Shown in pieces: positions 39,401 through 52,236 of a stretch of DNA of 64,000 bases. Numbering within the stretch: the first letter of the stretch is position 1; each line of letters begins with the position of its first letter. The position numbers and the translations under genes are program-made. The notes beneath the pieces were generated by a model. The model saw nothing but the letters and a program-made list of their open reading frames with translations. It ran no database searches and was not told the origin of the DNA. Origin of the DNA: Octopus vulgaris (taxonomy: Eukaryota); contig OX597831.1 in assembly GCA_951406725.2 (NCBI GenBank), positions 65,100,001 through 65,164,000 on the forward strand. Direction: 5' to 3'.

Positions 39401-42400
39401 CAAGATTTCCCACCTTAGAGAAAAACGAAACTAAGTTATAAAAAAAATCTACACCCTTCAAACTGGGTCTCATCCCATCAAAGTAGCCTGCCTCAATCAC
39501 CTAGCGTTTGTTTGACTAATAGAAATAACATCCAAATTCCCTTCAAATCCTGTCCTACTTTAAAAAAACTTCCACATAGCATAATGTCCTAGATGTAACA
39601 TGCATGAAATAAAAGATGGGATGGTAACAGCAGGAACACTTCACCAGAACATCTGTTATGCTAAAATTTAGCTGAAAAGCATGAAAGTATAATTAACAGA
39701 CTAAATGCAAAAGTAGTATTGGTAGAAAAGTAACATGTTCTCTTTGTTTCATTAAGGGTCAACAATATATTTCCTAAGTAACCACAACAATATATCTTTC
39801 ATAATGAACTAGCAAGGCATTTGAATAGATACTCGTTACATTCAACTTCAAGTGATGCCTATAATTCCAGCAAATATTTCTTAGGTGTGTCTTTCGGAAA
39901 CTTAGTACAATTCAACTTCCAAGACTATTGTAATTGGACAACCTTCCTCAGTCAGACAATTGTTTCACTGATCTTTGTGATTGAGCTAAACAACAATTCA
40001 GAGTCGAGAAATCACAACAGTCCATCCTGTAACCATAGCAACAATTACTGAAGAAATAGAATCCAATCACAAATCTACTATCCTTTACAGACTAAATCTG
40101 CAAGTCAATATGACATCCACTACATAGTCACTTGACCATTTAGAAATGACCAAATTTTCCTCAAATCACAATAGCAATCTTATAGGGATATACTGAACAA
40201 TGCAGAGTTAGATTTATAAAAACAGAATTATCTCAGCTGGAATGCCTCGGATCCAGTGTGCTGACAAGTTAAACAACTAAATTTGGTAAAATTAATTTTA
40301 ATGAAAAGACATGTTCTTAGAATTATTTCGCCATCACAGCAACTAGTTCTCTCTGCTCCACAGAGCCCTGAAATCCATTTTTCACATAAGGACTACTGTG
40401 AACAACAAATATCCAATTTTCTTTCTCCATCAAATAAAATAATTCCTAAACTTGATATTAGGAAAGCTTTCTACCAAATCCCTTTCACAATAAACAAAAA
40501 AATTTCATTTGCATGTATTTGAGATTACCGTTTAATTAGAGAGATGCAGTGAAAAGATTTTAATGCTTCAGGGATCATCATCATCATCGTTTAACGTCCG
40601 TTCTCCATGCTAGCATGGGTTGGACAGTTCGACCGGGATCTGGGGAGCCAGAAGGCTGCACCAGGCTCCAGTCTGATATGGCAGTGTTTCTACAGATGGA
40701 TGCCCTTCCTAATGCCAACCACTACGAGTGTAGTGGGTGCTTTTTACGTGCCAGGTGAGGCTGGCAATGGCCACAATCGGATTGGTGTTTTTTACGTGCC
40801 ACTGGCACAGGGATCACAACTACATTTTCCATTGATTTTTGATGTTGGTGTACTCTACACAATAGGTCTCCTCAAGCACAGGGTCGAAACAGTGTTTCTT
40901 TACTTGCCACCTGCACAGGAGTCAGTCCAGCGGCATTGGCAACTGCCAGGTGCCAGTCATAGGATTGGTTCAATTCCGATTCCAATTTCACTTGCCCCAA
41001 TCAATTTGTCTTTAATCAATTTGTCTGATCTCCATGAAATGCATATGATTACCTATTGATGATCAAAATGCACAGTCAACATCTCATGATAGTTTTCATA
41101 TATAAACTTACAAATCTGGTGCCTTTCTCTAAATTGTAAAGGCATCGGTTATGATGAGGGTTCCAGTTGATCTAATCAATAGAACAGCTTGCTAGTGAAA
41201 TTAATGTGCAAATGGCTGAGCACTCCACAGACACACCTTTAACGTATTTCTGAGGAAGATTCAGTGTGACACAATGTGATAAGGCTGGCCCTTTGAAACA
41301 CAGGTACTGCTCCTTTTTACCAGCTGACTGAACTGGAGCAACAGGAAATAAACTGTCGTATTCAAAGGCACACTGCACAGCAGGGAATCAAACTCACAAC
41401 CTTATGATGAGCCAAATACCCTAACCACTAAGCCATGCACCTTCCACAACTCTCAGACACGATGAAAACCATCATGGAATTTCAGTGTTTTCCCAAGTTT
41501 CCACTATTTCTATATTCAAGGAACAGCCCCAGGAGTTTATCAGTATACTAAACCATTGCTATTATCTCTTCAGGGGTAAAGGGGGGGGGAACTACCACCT
41601 GTGTCATCTCTTGTGAAAGGTAGGAGGGTCCAGTTTGCTAGACATTGTTGTAGAGCTGAAAACAAGGCAATTTCTACTCTTCTCCTCTGGAAGCCATCTG
41701 CTCGCGATACCAGAAGGCGCACACTCTCCTACCCTGATGTAATCTCCAGGGATACAGGCATCCAGCAACAGGACCTCCATAATGCTATGATGGACCGTGA
41801 AGTCTGGTGTAGCATGGTAAATTCCATTGTCTCGACCACGGTCGAACAATGATGATGATTATCTCTAATTGCACCAAAGAAATGAGCCATTTAACAGAAT
41901 TTCTAAAATCAAAGTTTAAAGATTTACCACCCTCCACTATAAACACTGGATCAAGTGAAACCATTGCTACACTGCTCAACAACAATTCCATAGTGACGTG
42001 CATCAACCCATTGCAATTATTCTGACATGTTTGCAAGCAATGGCTAAAGCAATTCTGTTGACAATTCAAAGCATATTACTGACATCTGATGCAAACATGC
42101 TTCCCTGGGCATGGACACATTGAAACTCCAACGTCTGGCAGCTGACTTGGCAGACACCCATAAAATTATTAACCATCTTACAAACAATAACTCTGAGCAC
42201 CTTTTCAAACTCCACCCGTCTAACACCCGTGGACATATTTACAAAGTCAGAAAACAGCACAGCTCCCATGACTTTAGGAAACATTTTTTCACGCTGTGAG
42301 TTGCCGAAGCATGGAACAGACTGCCAGCATCAGTTGTTAGTTGTCGGAGCACTGCATCCTTCAAAACTTCCATGCTTTCTGAGATTCGGCAACACTACAC

Positions 42401-42768
42401 CCGATTTTCTCTCCTCCATACACACACACACACACACACACAGGCATGTATCTGACTCATACATTGTTCGCTTTCCAGACATTTGTACATTACTGCATAC
42501 ACTTTATACACACTTTCTGACAAGTTGTGGTGCACCTGAGCACTGTATACAATAATTTCATTATTATTATACTAACAAATACTAGTAATTGTCATCAACC
42601 AAATTAATTGAAAAGAAACATACCTATAGTACAGACAATTCCACTCATACGCACATGACAAGGCTCAGAATCAATATCCAAAGCAACCATGTGTTCCAGT
42701 TGTGATCTGGCACAAGCTGCCTGAAGTTGTTGTGAAAGGCCAACATTTGTCTGAGTACCAGAACCAGG
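22041..42768 (-). CDS. PKM: Pyruvate kinase (PKM-like), spliced CDS, isoform A: join(42768-42624,36652-36561,36084-35965,33607-33421,31832-31690,31574-31447,31367-31217,30009-29857,27834-27668,24128-24010,22249-22041); 537 aa without the unlocated start exon
   Basis: All introns are GT-AG and phases are consistent (1614 nt, divisible by 3). Hallmark PK motifs: [104 protein letters not shown]. Confidence 0.95.
24010..24128 (-). CDS. PKM: PK penultimate exon: [39 protein letters not shown]
   Basis: [21 protein letters not shown] motif; tag/gtaagt junctions, 119 nt, ends in phase 1. Confidence 0.95.
24228..24649 (+). mobile_element. SINE family 1
   Basis: Near-identical copy, 100 bp from a PK acceptor site. 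Confidence 0.85.
25735..27590 (-). mobile_element. LINE fragment of the same family as 1-1228, with a SINE inserted at about 26993-27222
   Basis: Shared sequence (ctctctgaactttgcccagcctattcttatt); RTAMLYGSE motif. Confidence 0.75.
27668..27834 (-). CDS. PKM: PK exon homologous to vertebrate PKM exon 9/10: [56 protein letters not shown]
   Basis: 167 nt, aag/gtcagt junctions; M2-like QLFEELRR and EASFKC. Confidence 0.95.
29857..30009 (-). CDS. PKM: PK exon: [51 protein letters not shown]
   Basis: PTRAE and LSGETAKG motifs; cag/gtaggt junctions, 153 nt. Confidence 0.96.
30312..30501 (-). mobile_element. Truncated copy of the element at 56888-57136
   Basis: High identity to the reverse complement of about 56945-57136. 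Confidence 0.8.
31217..31367 (-). CDS. PKM: PK exon: (N)[50 protein letters not shown]
   Basis: MVARGDLG motif; cag/gtatgt junctions, 151 nt. Confidence 0.96.
31447..31574 (-). CDS. PKM: PK exon: [42 protein letters not shown]
   Basis: FASFIR and KIENHQG (catalytic K270/E272 equivalents); tag/gtaatt junctions, 128 nt. Confidence 0.95.
31690..31832 (-). CDS. PKM: PK exon: (G)[47 protein letters not shown]
   Basis: Not in the ORF track; translated by hand; tag/gtatgt junctions, 143 nt. Confidence 0.95.
31865..32710 (-). mobile_element. LINE RT fragment of the same family
   Basis: LEVLDNFCY and [12 protein letters not shown]-like sequence. Confidence 0.7.
33421..33607 (-). CDS. PKM: PK exon (B domain): [18 protein letters not shown]...[31 protein letters not shown]
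   Basis: DYKNITKV and IDDGLI motifs, cag/gtaata junctions, 187 nt. Confidence 0.95.
33765..34110 (+). mobile_element. CR1-type LINE 3' end
   Basis: [36 protein letters not shown]; (ATTGA)n tail. Confidence 0.75.
34769..34850 (-). ncRNA. Type-I hammerhead ribozyme motif (intronic, sense to PK pre-mRNA)
   Basis: Minus strand reads GCUUAA-CUGAUGA-GGCAAcaggaaaUUGCU-GAAA-CUGAUGCAUCAG-UA-UUAAGC; perfect 6-bp stem I, extended by CAAG/CUUG and GCCAA/UUGGC. Confidence 0.8.
35965..36084 (-). CDS. PKM: PK exon: [40 protein letters not shown]
   Basis: [10 protein letters not shown] motif, cag/gtaagt junctions, 120 nt. Confidence 0.95.
36561..36652 (-). CDS. PKM: PK exon: (G)[30 protein letters not shown]
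   Basis: ARLNFSHG motif, cag/gtaaat junctions, 92 nt. Confidence 0.95.
36737..37015. mobile_element. hAT-type MITE
   Basis: TIRs CAGTGGTTCCCAA / TTGGGAACCACTG; 8-bp TSD atttaaag/atttaagg. Confidence 0.8.
37979..38195. mobile_element. Tc1/pogo(Tigger)-type MITE
   Basis: TIRs CAGTAATCCCT / AGGGATTACTG with TA flanks. Confidence 0.7.
41598..41860 (+). mobile_element. RTE-type LINE 3' end; truncated copy at about 30965-31102 (-)
   Basis: RRVQFARHC...MMDREVW; (GAT)n tail; two copies. Confidence 0.7.
42050..42570 (+). mobile_element. CR1/L2-type LINE 3' end
   Basis: [30 protein letters not shown]; (ATT)n tail. Confidence 0.75.
42624..42768 (-). CDS. PKM: PK exon (N-terminal): [49 protein letters not shown]
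   Basis: tttcag acceptor, gtatgt donor; resembles human QQLHAAMADTFLEHMCRLDIDS..IICTIG. Confidence 0.93.
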
Positions 42769-43104
42769 CTGAAAAAGAAAAAAAAATAATTCTTTCATGG
42801 CAAAATATCCCATTAATAAATTAGGATCATATTGTGTCTTACCTTTACAACATAAAGTCCTGGATAGCAAGATTGACAGCAATTCATATACTAAGATGAA
42901 TTTACAACATTTTAACCATTAGATCAGCAGGTTACAAAGTGATTGATAGAGTTTCCCGGGGTTTGACCAACTTATGTAGAAGAGTGAAATATGGTTAGGA
43001 GTCAATGGAGAAAGACAATGAAATTCCAGATGGTTATAATGTTCAAGTCCAAGAAATTAAAATTTTAAAATATCAATTATACTCTGTCCCTCCATGATGT
43101 TGAA

Positions 43105-43643
43105 AATTTCCCAATTAGGAATGTAATTTCTGGTATAAAACTGAAGTTATGTTAACATCTGCTGCCAAGCAGATAATGTCTTATCATTATTTTTTGCAAT
43201 GGTCAGTTTTAATAACTGAAGTCAAAGCAGTTTTCTTAGCATTACAAAGACAGCAGAGAATATTTGTATAATTTCCTCCTTGTATAAAAAAAGAATATCT
43301 ATGGATGTTCTGGCTTTATTTTCTAACTTCTCACCAAGAGCTACTTTCAAATATAAAAAATTCTTTCATGTTAATTCAAACAATTATGCAGTCATTTATT
43401 CACATACTTTCACACATGAATATGCCTGTCAGGGCACATCCGATTTGTAGGTTTGGACTTCTATAAATGTTCGCATGTCTAAGTGTGCTAAACTCAGATT
43501 TTCACACTTCTATTACTTACTTGTAATTTCCCAGTTAAGAATGTAATTTCTGGTATAAAACTGAAGTTATGTTAACATCTGCTGCCAAGCAGATAATGTT
43601 TTATTATTATCATTATTTTTTGCAATGGTCAGTTTTAATAACT
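43105..43643. repeat. Local direct duplication of about 115 bp (43105-43217 and 43525-43643)
   Basis: Two near-identical copies 420 bp apart. Confidence 0.85.
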
Positions 43644-46613
43644 AAAATCTGTAAAGCAGAAAGAGTACTTAGTTGTGAGTGTTGATAGTTTGTATATTCC
43701 CATCTCTAAAATGCTTTTCTAGTATAATTAGTTTCAATCAGTTACATACAACAGGAATGTTCTTTGCTTTTGCCTAAACGTTTAAGTCATGTTTTGTGCA
43801 AATTGGTAACTAGAAAAGGAAATAATTTAAATTTGAAGATATTAATTATGCATTATTGTGTTCATAGTAACACAGTAGTTTCAGACAAAAACAATACCCA
43901 ACCAGCTCGACAGAAACCATATCCAACCAGCTTAACGATACCTAGATACCGAAGTAGCTAGATAGAAAGTAGAATGGTCAGGTTCATATAACCTAGAGAA
44001 ACAGTTTAAGTAGTTTAATATTCTGTTGATAATAGCATTATCATCATTTAATGTCCGTTTCCATACTGGCATGGGTGGGACAGTTTGACGGGAGCTGGCA
44101 AGCCAGAGGGTTGCACCAGGCTCCAGTCTATTTTGGCATGCTTTCTACAGCTTGATGCCCTTCCTAATGCCATCAATTTTACAGAGTGCACTGGTTGAGT
44201 TTTTTACATGGTAGCAGCATAAAACAAAAAGCTTTATTTTTTTTCTAGAAAAACCAGACAAATCAAGAACTCAGTGGAGTGTAGCTAAGAGTGGCCAACT
44301 GTAGAGATCAATTTTATGATGATGCCTAAAGCAATTAAGTTTACAAAAAGAAAAGATACAAGTCGTTACCTTCTAATAAGATGTGGAAAGTAAACAGAAT
44401 AGTGTAATTAGGCACACACACTATCACATACCAGTGACAGTGGCTAAGTAGTTCCGCTTAGAAATGGATTGAGAAAGAATGGTATATACCAATGAAACGA
44501 CCAGTCAATATGAAGAAATTAAAGTGAATAGAGAGAACTAACTGAAGTTTCTGTATTGAATATGGAATGTTAATTTACGAGTTAATTTTATGAAAACAAA
44601 TGAAATGAGAAAAAATGGAGGGTAGAAGGAGATGCTCATGTAGAGAACAGAGATGATTGCAATGGTTTAAACATTATCCATACAATAACATGGAGTAAAA
44701 AGGTAACAGTGGTTGATTGCAGGGAGCACAAGACTAAGGTTAGAATTCAAGTCCGAAAGGACCCCAAAAACAAGATTCAAACCCAAGTTGCATAAAAATG
44801 TGATGTACTCCAAAATCCATGCCATTATAGAAATACAGTAACAGATATGGTAGCTTACAGAAAGTAAATTTAATAAAGTTTACATCTTTACAATTAAGAC
44901 CAGAAACCTGTCCATTCAAAGGTATCGTTATTAATTACTTTATGCAAAAAATAAAAAGTGTGAAGGAGAATTTTTATTCAATATATAAGACAGCCGATGA
45001 TGATGATGATTATATAAATACTAACCAATCCAAAGGGAGAGGAATGAATTCTCTGCAATTCCCCAGCACCTGGTTGGGCAAGAAGTTGAGCCATCTGAGA
45101 AAATATAAATTAAGATTAATAAAAATTATTGAAATTATCTGTATAGAAAAAGAAAAAAATATGTACATTGTATTTCATTAAGTGACATCTTACTTTCAAA
45201 ATAACAATAAAGGAGCAGAGAAAAATGGACAACATACAGCAAATCCAGACAAAACTCACTATCAGGGCATTAAGGTATTCAAATTCCAAAACCTGCACTC
45301 GACTACTTGATCTTCATAGGATGGTAACTAATGATCTTTTAAAGTGTCTATAGATTAACTGGATAGGTGTAAAAAGCTTTCAATAGTTCCCTTCAAATTA
45401 TCTGTTTTCACTTTAATAATCACTAATACAAATAGTACACCAACAACTACTACAGTCTACTTTAGCAAGTTATACACGTGCAGCTGTATTTTTATACCTT
45501 TGTTGTAAAAGGTGTATTACATAATACGTGTCAGTGTTTCAACTAACTATATTTTACTCTTAGCAGCTAAAAATATCTCCATAAAACCTGTTGCTACAGA
45601 AAGGTCACTGAGAATAAAATTCCTAGGAAACTGAAAATGAATAATCAGAGACTTTGGAATAATACTGGAAATAGCTTCAGACAACTTTAAGTTAAACATT
45701 TAATCTGGATAATCACTCTCAGAAATAAACAGCAAAACATATTTGTCAATTGTATTAAAAAAAAAATATATATATATATAAAAAAAATGGAAACATTTGA
45801 GTTATGTCTGTCTCCAACTGAAAGAGAGAACTTGACCAAACCAGTTGAATAATGCCATCACCAACAAGAATTTATTTTATCATTCCTTAAGCCAATCATA
45901 GTTTCAAGATTTTATTTATTTATCAAATTAAATGAACCAAAGCTGGTGAATTGGTATTTAATTGACTTCAAATGATAAAAGCAGAATAAGTCCCCCATCT
46001 GAAAGATTAGTTTGGCTTAATGTATTTGCTCAATATTTTCAGTAACATTAGATGTTTTTTTTCTGCTGAAAAAAAAAAAGGGGGGGGGGGGGCTATAACA
46101 AAATTATATTTCAAAAGTAACATTGATAACATTAAAAGGAAAAACAAAAAAACAGCTGAAAGATTTAATAATGCACAGCCTGAAAGGAAAGGAATATTAT
46201 GAAAAGGAAACCAAATTCCAAAACTGACAAACTAAATCAACATTTGAGTATTAGTTTAATAAATAAACTAAAGTTGACTCATTAAAGTCTTGAACATTGC
46301 AACACAATTTAAAAGAATTTAAACCAAATTATAAAATGAAAAAGAACTAAGCAAAAAAGTAAATGGGGGGAAAAAAAAAAGGGAATGCTTGAAAATTTTA
46401 ATAAAAATTGAATTTACATGTTTGACAATGGAAGATTTAAACAAAATCTGAAAGGGAATTTGTCAGATTAGTGGAAAGGGAATTTCCACTAATCTAAGCG
46501 TTCAGCTTTGGCAAATTATAGTAATTAAATAAAACTCATAATCTAAGTAAGTCTCATTGTAAAGTTGCCAGACAAGTTAACATGACTTTTGGTAACAGTG
46601 TATTTATTGATTA

Positions 46614-47938
46614 CACTGGTCAACAAAATAAAACCATGTTCTGGCATAAAATATTAGAGCTGTTTTAGACTAATTTTTTGGTGCTGATTTTAAAACTGAC
46701 TTCAGATTTACTCAATCACATCACATTTTTGTGCCATCAACATATACCTTTATTTACCTGGAGTTAACTTTACACCACTATTTGTGGGAATTTTGGCTGG
46801 ATTGTCATGCTAATCTTGAATAATGTTCAAGTTGAGTTTTGCTTTAAAATCCTTCCCTTTCTTTTCAGGTGTGAACTGGGTCATTGTAATCTAGTAATGG
46901 ATACAACATCAAAAAGAAGGATATGCTGTAATGACTCAGATATCTTCTGTTACATCTGTGGAAACTTCACTCCAGAGGCTCAAAGTCACATTAATAACTT
47001 TGTCAAGATTGTGTATCTTGCTTTAAAGTAACACTTGGAGACCAGGACAAAACCTGGGCTCCCCAAAAACTTTGCAAAACCCGTGTAGAAATGGTGTGAT
47101 GAAGCAATTGAAAGCCCTAGTGGAGACTGCATCAGATATATATGTACCTTTCTCAATAACAAGAAGAAAGCAGGAATATTTGCTGGACCTCAAATAAGAA
47201 CACTGCTCAGGGATGCACAGTTTGTTTTAACAATGAGTATGGCAGAGGCTAGAGCTTGGAATGTCTTCTCTGGTATGGTGCAGAATTTCCTTGGGAATAG
47301 GAAGGCTGGCAACTTTCATGAGTTTGTGGAGGAGCTGCTCTTGAGATTGCAAGCACTTGGATATAGAATGACCATTTAAATTGCATTGCTTACACAATCA
47401 CTTGGGTGAGTTTCCAGGGAACGTGAGTGATATGAGTGAAGGAGAATGCTTTCATCAAGACAAACATATTGGAAGAATGCTCCCAAAGCCGATGGGACTC
47501 AAATATGATGGCAACTTACTGTTGGAGCTGATGAGACATTCCAGAAGCTAGGCACAAGAGATCATCAAAAACAAAAAGAGGAAGTTCTTGTAGTAATAAG
47601 ATGATCGGAATGAATGACCTCAATGAATAGAGGTTTTGCATTCATATCTTGTTATCATCAAACTTAATTCTTACATGCTAATGTGCATTTACTCATACAA
47701 CTTTGTGCTTTGATTTATTAGATTAAAAAAAAAAAGTCTATTAAAAATTATATCTATGTACGTTTAATTCTTCCTTTATGAGCATTAAATAGCTGATCCT
47801 AGCAAAGCTAAATGGATATATATATCTCAAAAATCTGATGTGATAGATAAAATCTAATGCCAGATTTGGATTCAGCATCCTAAAATTAGCCAAAAGCAAT
47901 TGATAAACCTTGTGCCAGAAAATATGCATTGACTAGTG
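46614..47938 (+). mobile_element. Chapaev3-like (CMC) DNA transposon relic with decayed, internally deleted transposase
   Basis: CAC...GTG termini (CACTGGTCAA/TTGACTAGTG), 3-bp TTA TSD; frameshifted motifs DIFCYICG, LGDQDKTWAP, GIFAGPQIR, QNFLGN, FHQD, YCWS. Confidence 0.75.
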
Positions 47939-50900
47939 TTATGCAATAAAAGTATTGGGGAGAAAAATTGCTTCGCGAGTCAAGAGCAAAAACTAACAAT
48001 TACATAAGTTACACAGGAATAAGTTCCAAATCTAATATATTCTATACACTCAACAAGGACCCAAAACAAGGGTCTATAAAGAGACCAGCAGCGAAAAACT
48101 ATTTTTCTTTATTTTAATTTGTAAAATGAAATTAAAGACTAGTTTTGCAGATTTTCTTTACAAAAGATAATTAGTTACTTTATCCATATATGCAAACTAA
48201 AATAAGAACCATAAGTGAAATTCAAAAGTTGTTTTAATCTAAATAATATACTTGAAATTTTATCTGCCCACCTCTTACAGTGATAAAGCTAAGTTAACCC
48301 TATCATTACAATATTTCTGATTGAAATACACTGTATTTCAATTAAATTCTAAAATAATTGTGAATTTAAACTAACTTCATAAAGCAAAATATTAATTATA
48401 TGTAGGAAGAAATAAAACCGGTTTCAAAGCTAAAATAGTTTGAATACATTTTCAATTATAACTTCCGAGTACTGTTCATGTCCAAGACAGTTTAGCTAAG
48501 ATTTGGAAATTTTTCCAAGTCAATGAAAACATTTTCTGTTTGTTTTTCAAACAGTAATTTCCTTGTGGCTGTTGACATATTTTATGAATTTTCTTTGCAT
48601 GTATTTTCATGACTTAGTGGAGAATGGTAATTGTTGTTTGTCATTGATGATCAGAAATTTAAATCAGGTTTTAGAAACAATACATACATTTCTTGATAAG
48701 CAAAAAAAAAAAAAAAATGCATATGAACTCCTCTTGAAGGGATTTTTAGAAATGTAAGTACAATTGCTTATGATGGTAAACAGAGAGGAACTGTCAAATG
48801 ACTGGAGAATCAAAACCAATTAGAACATATGCAAGAATGTTTCATTAACTAAAAAAAGTCAACAAAAAGATCTAAAGACCTAAAGAAAATATGTAAAAAC
48901 TGAAGAAAATTATCTCAAACTAGATTAAAACTTGATTAAAAACAGAAAAATAGAAATCAAAACAGAATACCAAGTCAAATACATTTATAATGATCAAAAT
49001 AACATTACAGACACTACAATTTTACAGAATATAAAAAACAGTAAAAACCCGAGACAAATAGAAAAGCAACTGGATGTACACCAACAAGATATACTTGGTA
49101 CACAATTACAAATAACATTACAAAATGTTCAAGTAATAACATAAAAAACTTCAAAGCTATAATTTAAAGAATATCCAGGCAAAGTTCTTGAAATTCTAAA
49201 CATTCTCAACAAAAAGCAACAGGCCACATGTTGCAGCAAGTAAAGTATTTCCCAAATTCTTATTTCTCTATATTACACAAGTTTATTTTCATTGTTTATG
49301 TATTAATATAACTTTGTATTTTTGACCCAGGAAAACCTGGGACGAGGTGGTGAAGCACGACCTTCGAACATTAGGTCTCACCAAGGCAATGACTAGTGAC
49401 CGAGACCTTTGGAAGTATGCTGTGCATGAGAAGACCCGGCAGAACAAGTGAGACCATAACCCATGGCCTCTACCTCCAGAGCAACACCCTTTCCATTTTG
49501 TCTACTGGAACCACATGGCAGTTTGAATAACAGGAAATCAAGAGAATGTAAGAATTTCATAGCTTACTACATAGTTTACTTAGTTGGTCTTTATAAAATA
49601 CACACACATCATCATCATCGTTTAGTGTCCGCTTTCCATGCTAGCATGGGTTGGACGGGTCAACTGGGGTCTGTGAAGCTGGAAGGCTTCGTCAGGCCCA
49701 GTCAGATCTGGCAGTGTTTCTACGGCTGGATGCCCTTCCTAACGCCAACCACTCCGCGAGTGTAGTGGGTGTTTTTTACGTGCCACACACATCTATAACT
49801 GAAATCACATATGGCCTAATCAGTAGCTTTTGTATCAAGCAAAGAAATAATTGCCAGTGCCAAAAGAACATGTTTTCAAAACACACAAAAGCCCTAATCT
49901 TTTATAAAGTGCTAACTACAGATTCCTGTGTTGTAAATAATGTTGTGCTGTGGGAAAAGGTGGTAAAAGTATGTGTGAGAGAGACACCCATGCTACCAAC
50001 ACATACTCAAACTGTTTGTGTACACACACAATAACAATTTAATATTTGGTGGCCATTTCTAATGAAGCTGTGAAATACCCACAGTGCCAACTAACATCTT
50101 TATAGACCAATTCCGGAACAGTCACCGGCTGACGATACATCGAAGAGGCCAGGGAACAGAAGAAAGAAGACATGCACCCAACACCAGAGCTGAAGACACC
50201 TCCGAAAGAAAAGGCCCCGCCACGTCAAAATGGTAGAGGAGTAGGGGCTGAAACCGGACGTGGTTCCTCCTGATGATGTCTTGAGCTAACTGGATCCTAT
50301 AAAGGAGCAGACCACGAAACACGGTTGTAATTCCTTCCATATGGCAATTGCTAACTAAAGGAAATAATTCTATAACTTTTTAAAGAGCAAATCATTCTTG
50401 AAATTAAATTTATCAATATTTCCTAAATAAGAATTTCCCATTTAACGATAGAGAGTAAGTAGAGAGGAAGCATTTTAAATGCTGAAACTAAGAACTGAAA
50501 TCTCACAATCAAAAGTTTATTTAAATAATGACCACATGCATGCACACACACATGCACACAAAGAGATCAGAGAAATTGAGTTCATGCCGTTTCTCAAGGC
50601 TAACAAGGTCTCGATAATTATAGGTTTCATCAATGTAAATTGAAATGAAGTTTTGGCATTCAAGTCTTTTCAAGAGTGAATAAATTCCAAAAAAAAGTGT
50701 TATTCCTAGCTCTTTCAAAAGTTTGTTAACTCTTATGACATCAGCTTTATAAATGGGAACTGAATTCAATTTGTCAAGAGTTTACCATTGACATAATTTA
50801 ACATTAGCACAAGGCCAAATGCATAGAAGAAAAGAGTCAATTCTATTGACTACTCAACTTATTCCATTGACCTGGAATTATGAAAGGCAAATTCAACAAC

Positions 50901-50997
50901 TAAAGGCATTGAACTGTACCTGGTTTGCCATTCACTAAATGATAGTGACTTACGTGAATAAAAAATACTTTTGATGTAATCTATAAAATACAAAGTG

Positions 50998-51335
50998 AAG
51001 GCACATGGCTTAGTGGTTAGAGCGTCGAGCTTATGATCGTGAGGTTGTGAGCTCGAATCCTGGACCGGGCTGCGTGTTGTGTTCTTGAGCAAGACACTTT
51101 ATTTCACGTTGCTCCAGTTCACTCAGCTGTAGAAATGAGTCGTGATGTCACAGGTGCCAAGCTGTATCAGCCCCTTTGCCTTTCCCTTGGATAACACTGG
51201 TGGTATGGAGAGTGGAGGCAGGTATACATGGGTGACTGCTGGTCTTCCATAAACAACCTTACCCGGACTTGTGCCTGGGAGGGTGACTTTCTAGGTGCAA
51301 TCCCATGGTCTGTGTCGTGACCGAAGGGGGTCTCA
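50998..51335 (+). mobile_element. tRNA-derived SINE family 4
   Basis: tggcttagtggttagagcg...ctcgaatcc head; inverted copy at 52237-52573. Confidence 0.8.
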
Positions 51336-52236
51336 GATAAAATACAAAAACAAAAATGTGACAAAATGTAGCTGACAGATTCATGATTGCGGTGATGAGA
51401 AATTAAGTATAACAGAAAACCTTTAATAATTACTTCAACAATACAGATGAAGGCACATCAATGTAGTTGCTCAAAAAATAGCAACCAAATCTTACTCCTT
51501 CAATAAGGATATTGGATAATGTAAGCTCAGATATAGTATACGTGGTGGGGGAGATGGAATGGTCACAGATGGAACACCTGTGATCGTAGTCTTTCCTACT
51601 TGATTAAAGTTAAACTAAGGATAAACAAAAACAGAGTCAACGTACTCAAGAACTTTTTTTTCTACAATTCAAACAGATCTTAAAAGAGGTTATTTTTCAA
51701 ACAATATAAACAAACTAAGGTTTCAACCCTTTCAATGCGCATATATTACAGTTAGTATCGAAACACTTGTTCTGATAAGTTATTGCTAACAAAAAATTCA
51801 GTACTTTTCTAGCATCACTGCCAAAATGATCAAAATATTCTATAACTAAAGATGTCAGCATAGTTTCATCGAAGTTTAAATACTTCAGTGATATAATGGT
51901 ATAAAAAGTTTTGAAAAAAAATTCAGATTGTATCTTTTCCAAAAATTAGAGCATAATTGAAAATTTTCTAATAAAAGGGAAAAAAAAGTAGCTTTTAAAA
52001 AAAAAAAAAAAAACACCATGACAGCCAGATTAGCTCCCTTGGATTTACATACATTCTCAATTTGCATCTCTAGAGTAGATAAAAACAAGTAACCAGACAA
52101 ATATTAAAACTGGGAATATCAAATTGTACCTATGTTAAAAATCAAATTTCTTTATTATTATTCATGAAGCCATAGCAGAGTTTGAACTTATAGGTCTATC
52201 ATTTAAAGCTAAAAACTAGCATAATTTCAACTCTGG

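Noticed and set aside
45290-45320. Alternative PK start exon
   Set aside because: The ATG is followed by an in-frame TAG after three further codons, and the donor (gttttg) is poor.
50998-51075. tRNA gene
   Set aside because: The tRNA-like A/B boxes continue into a SINE body with a second copy nearby; no clean cloverleaf acceptor stem.
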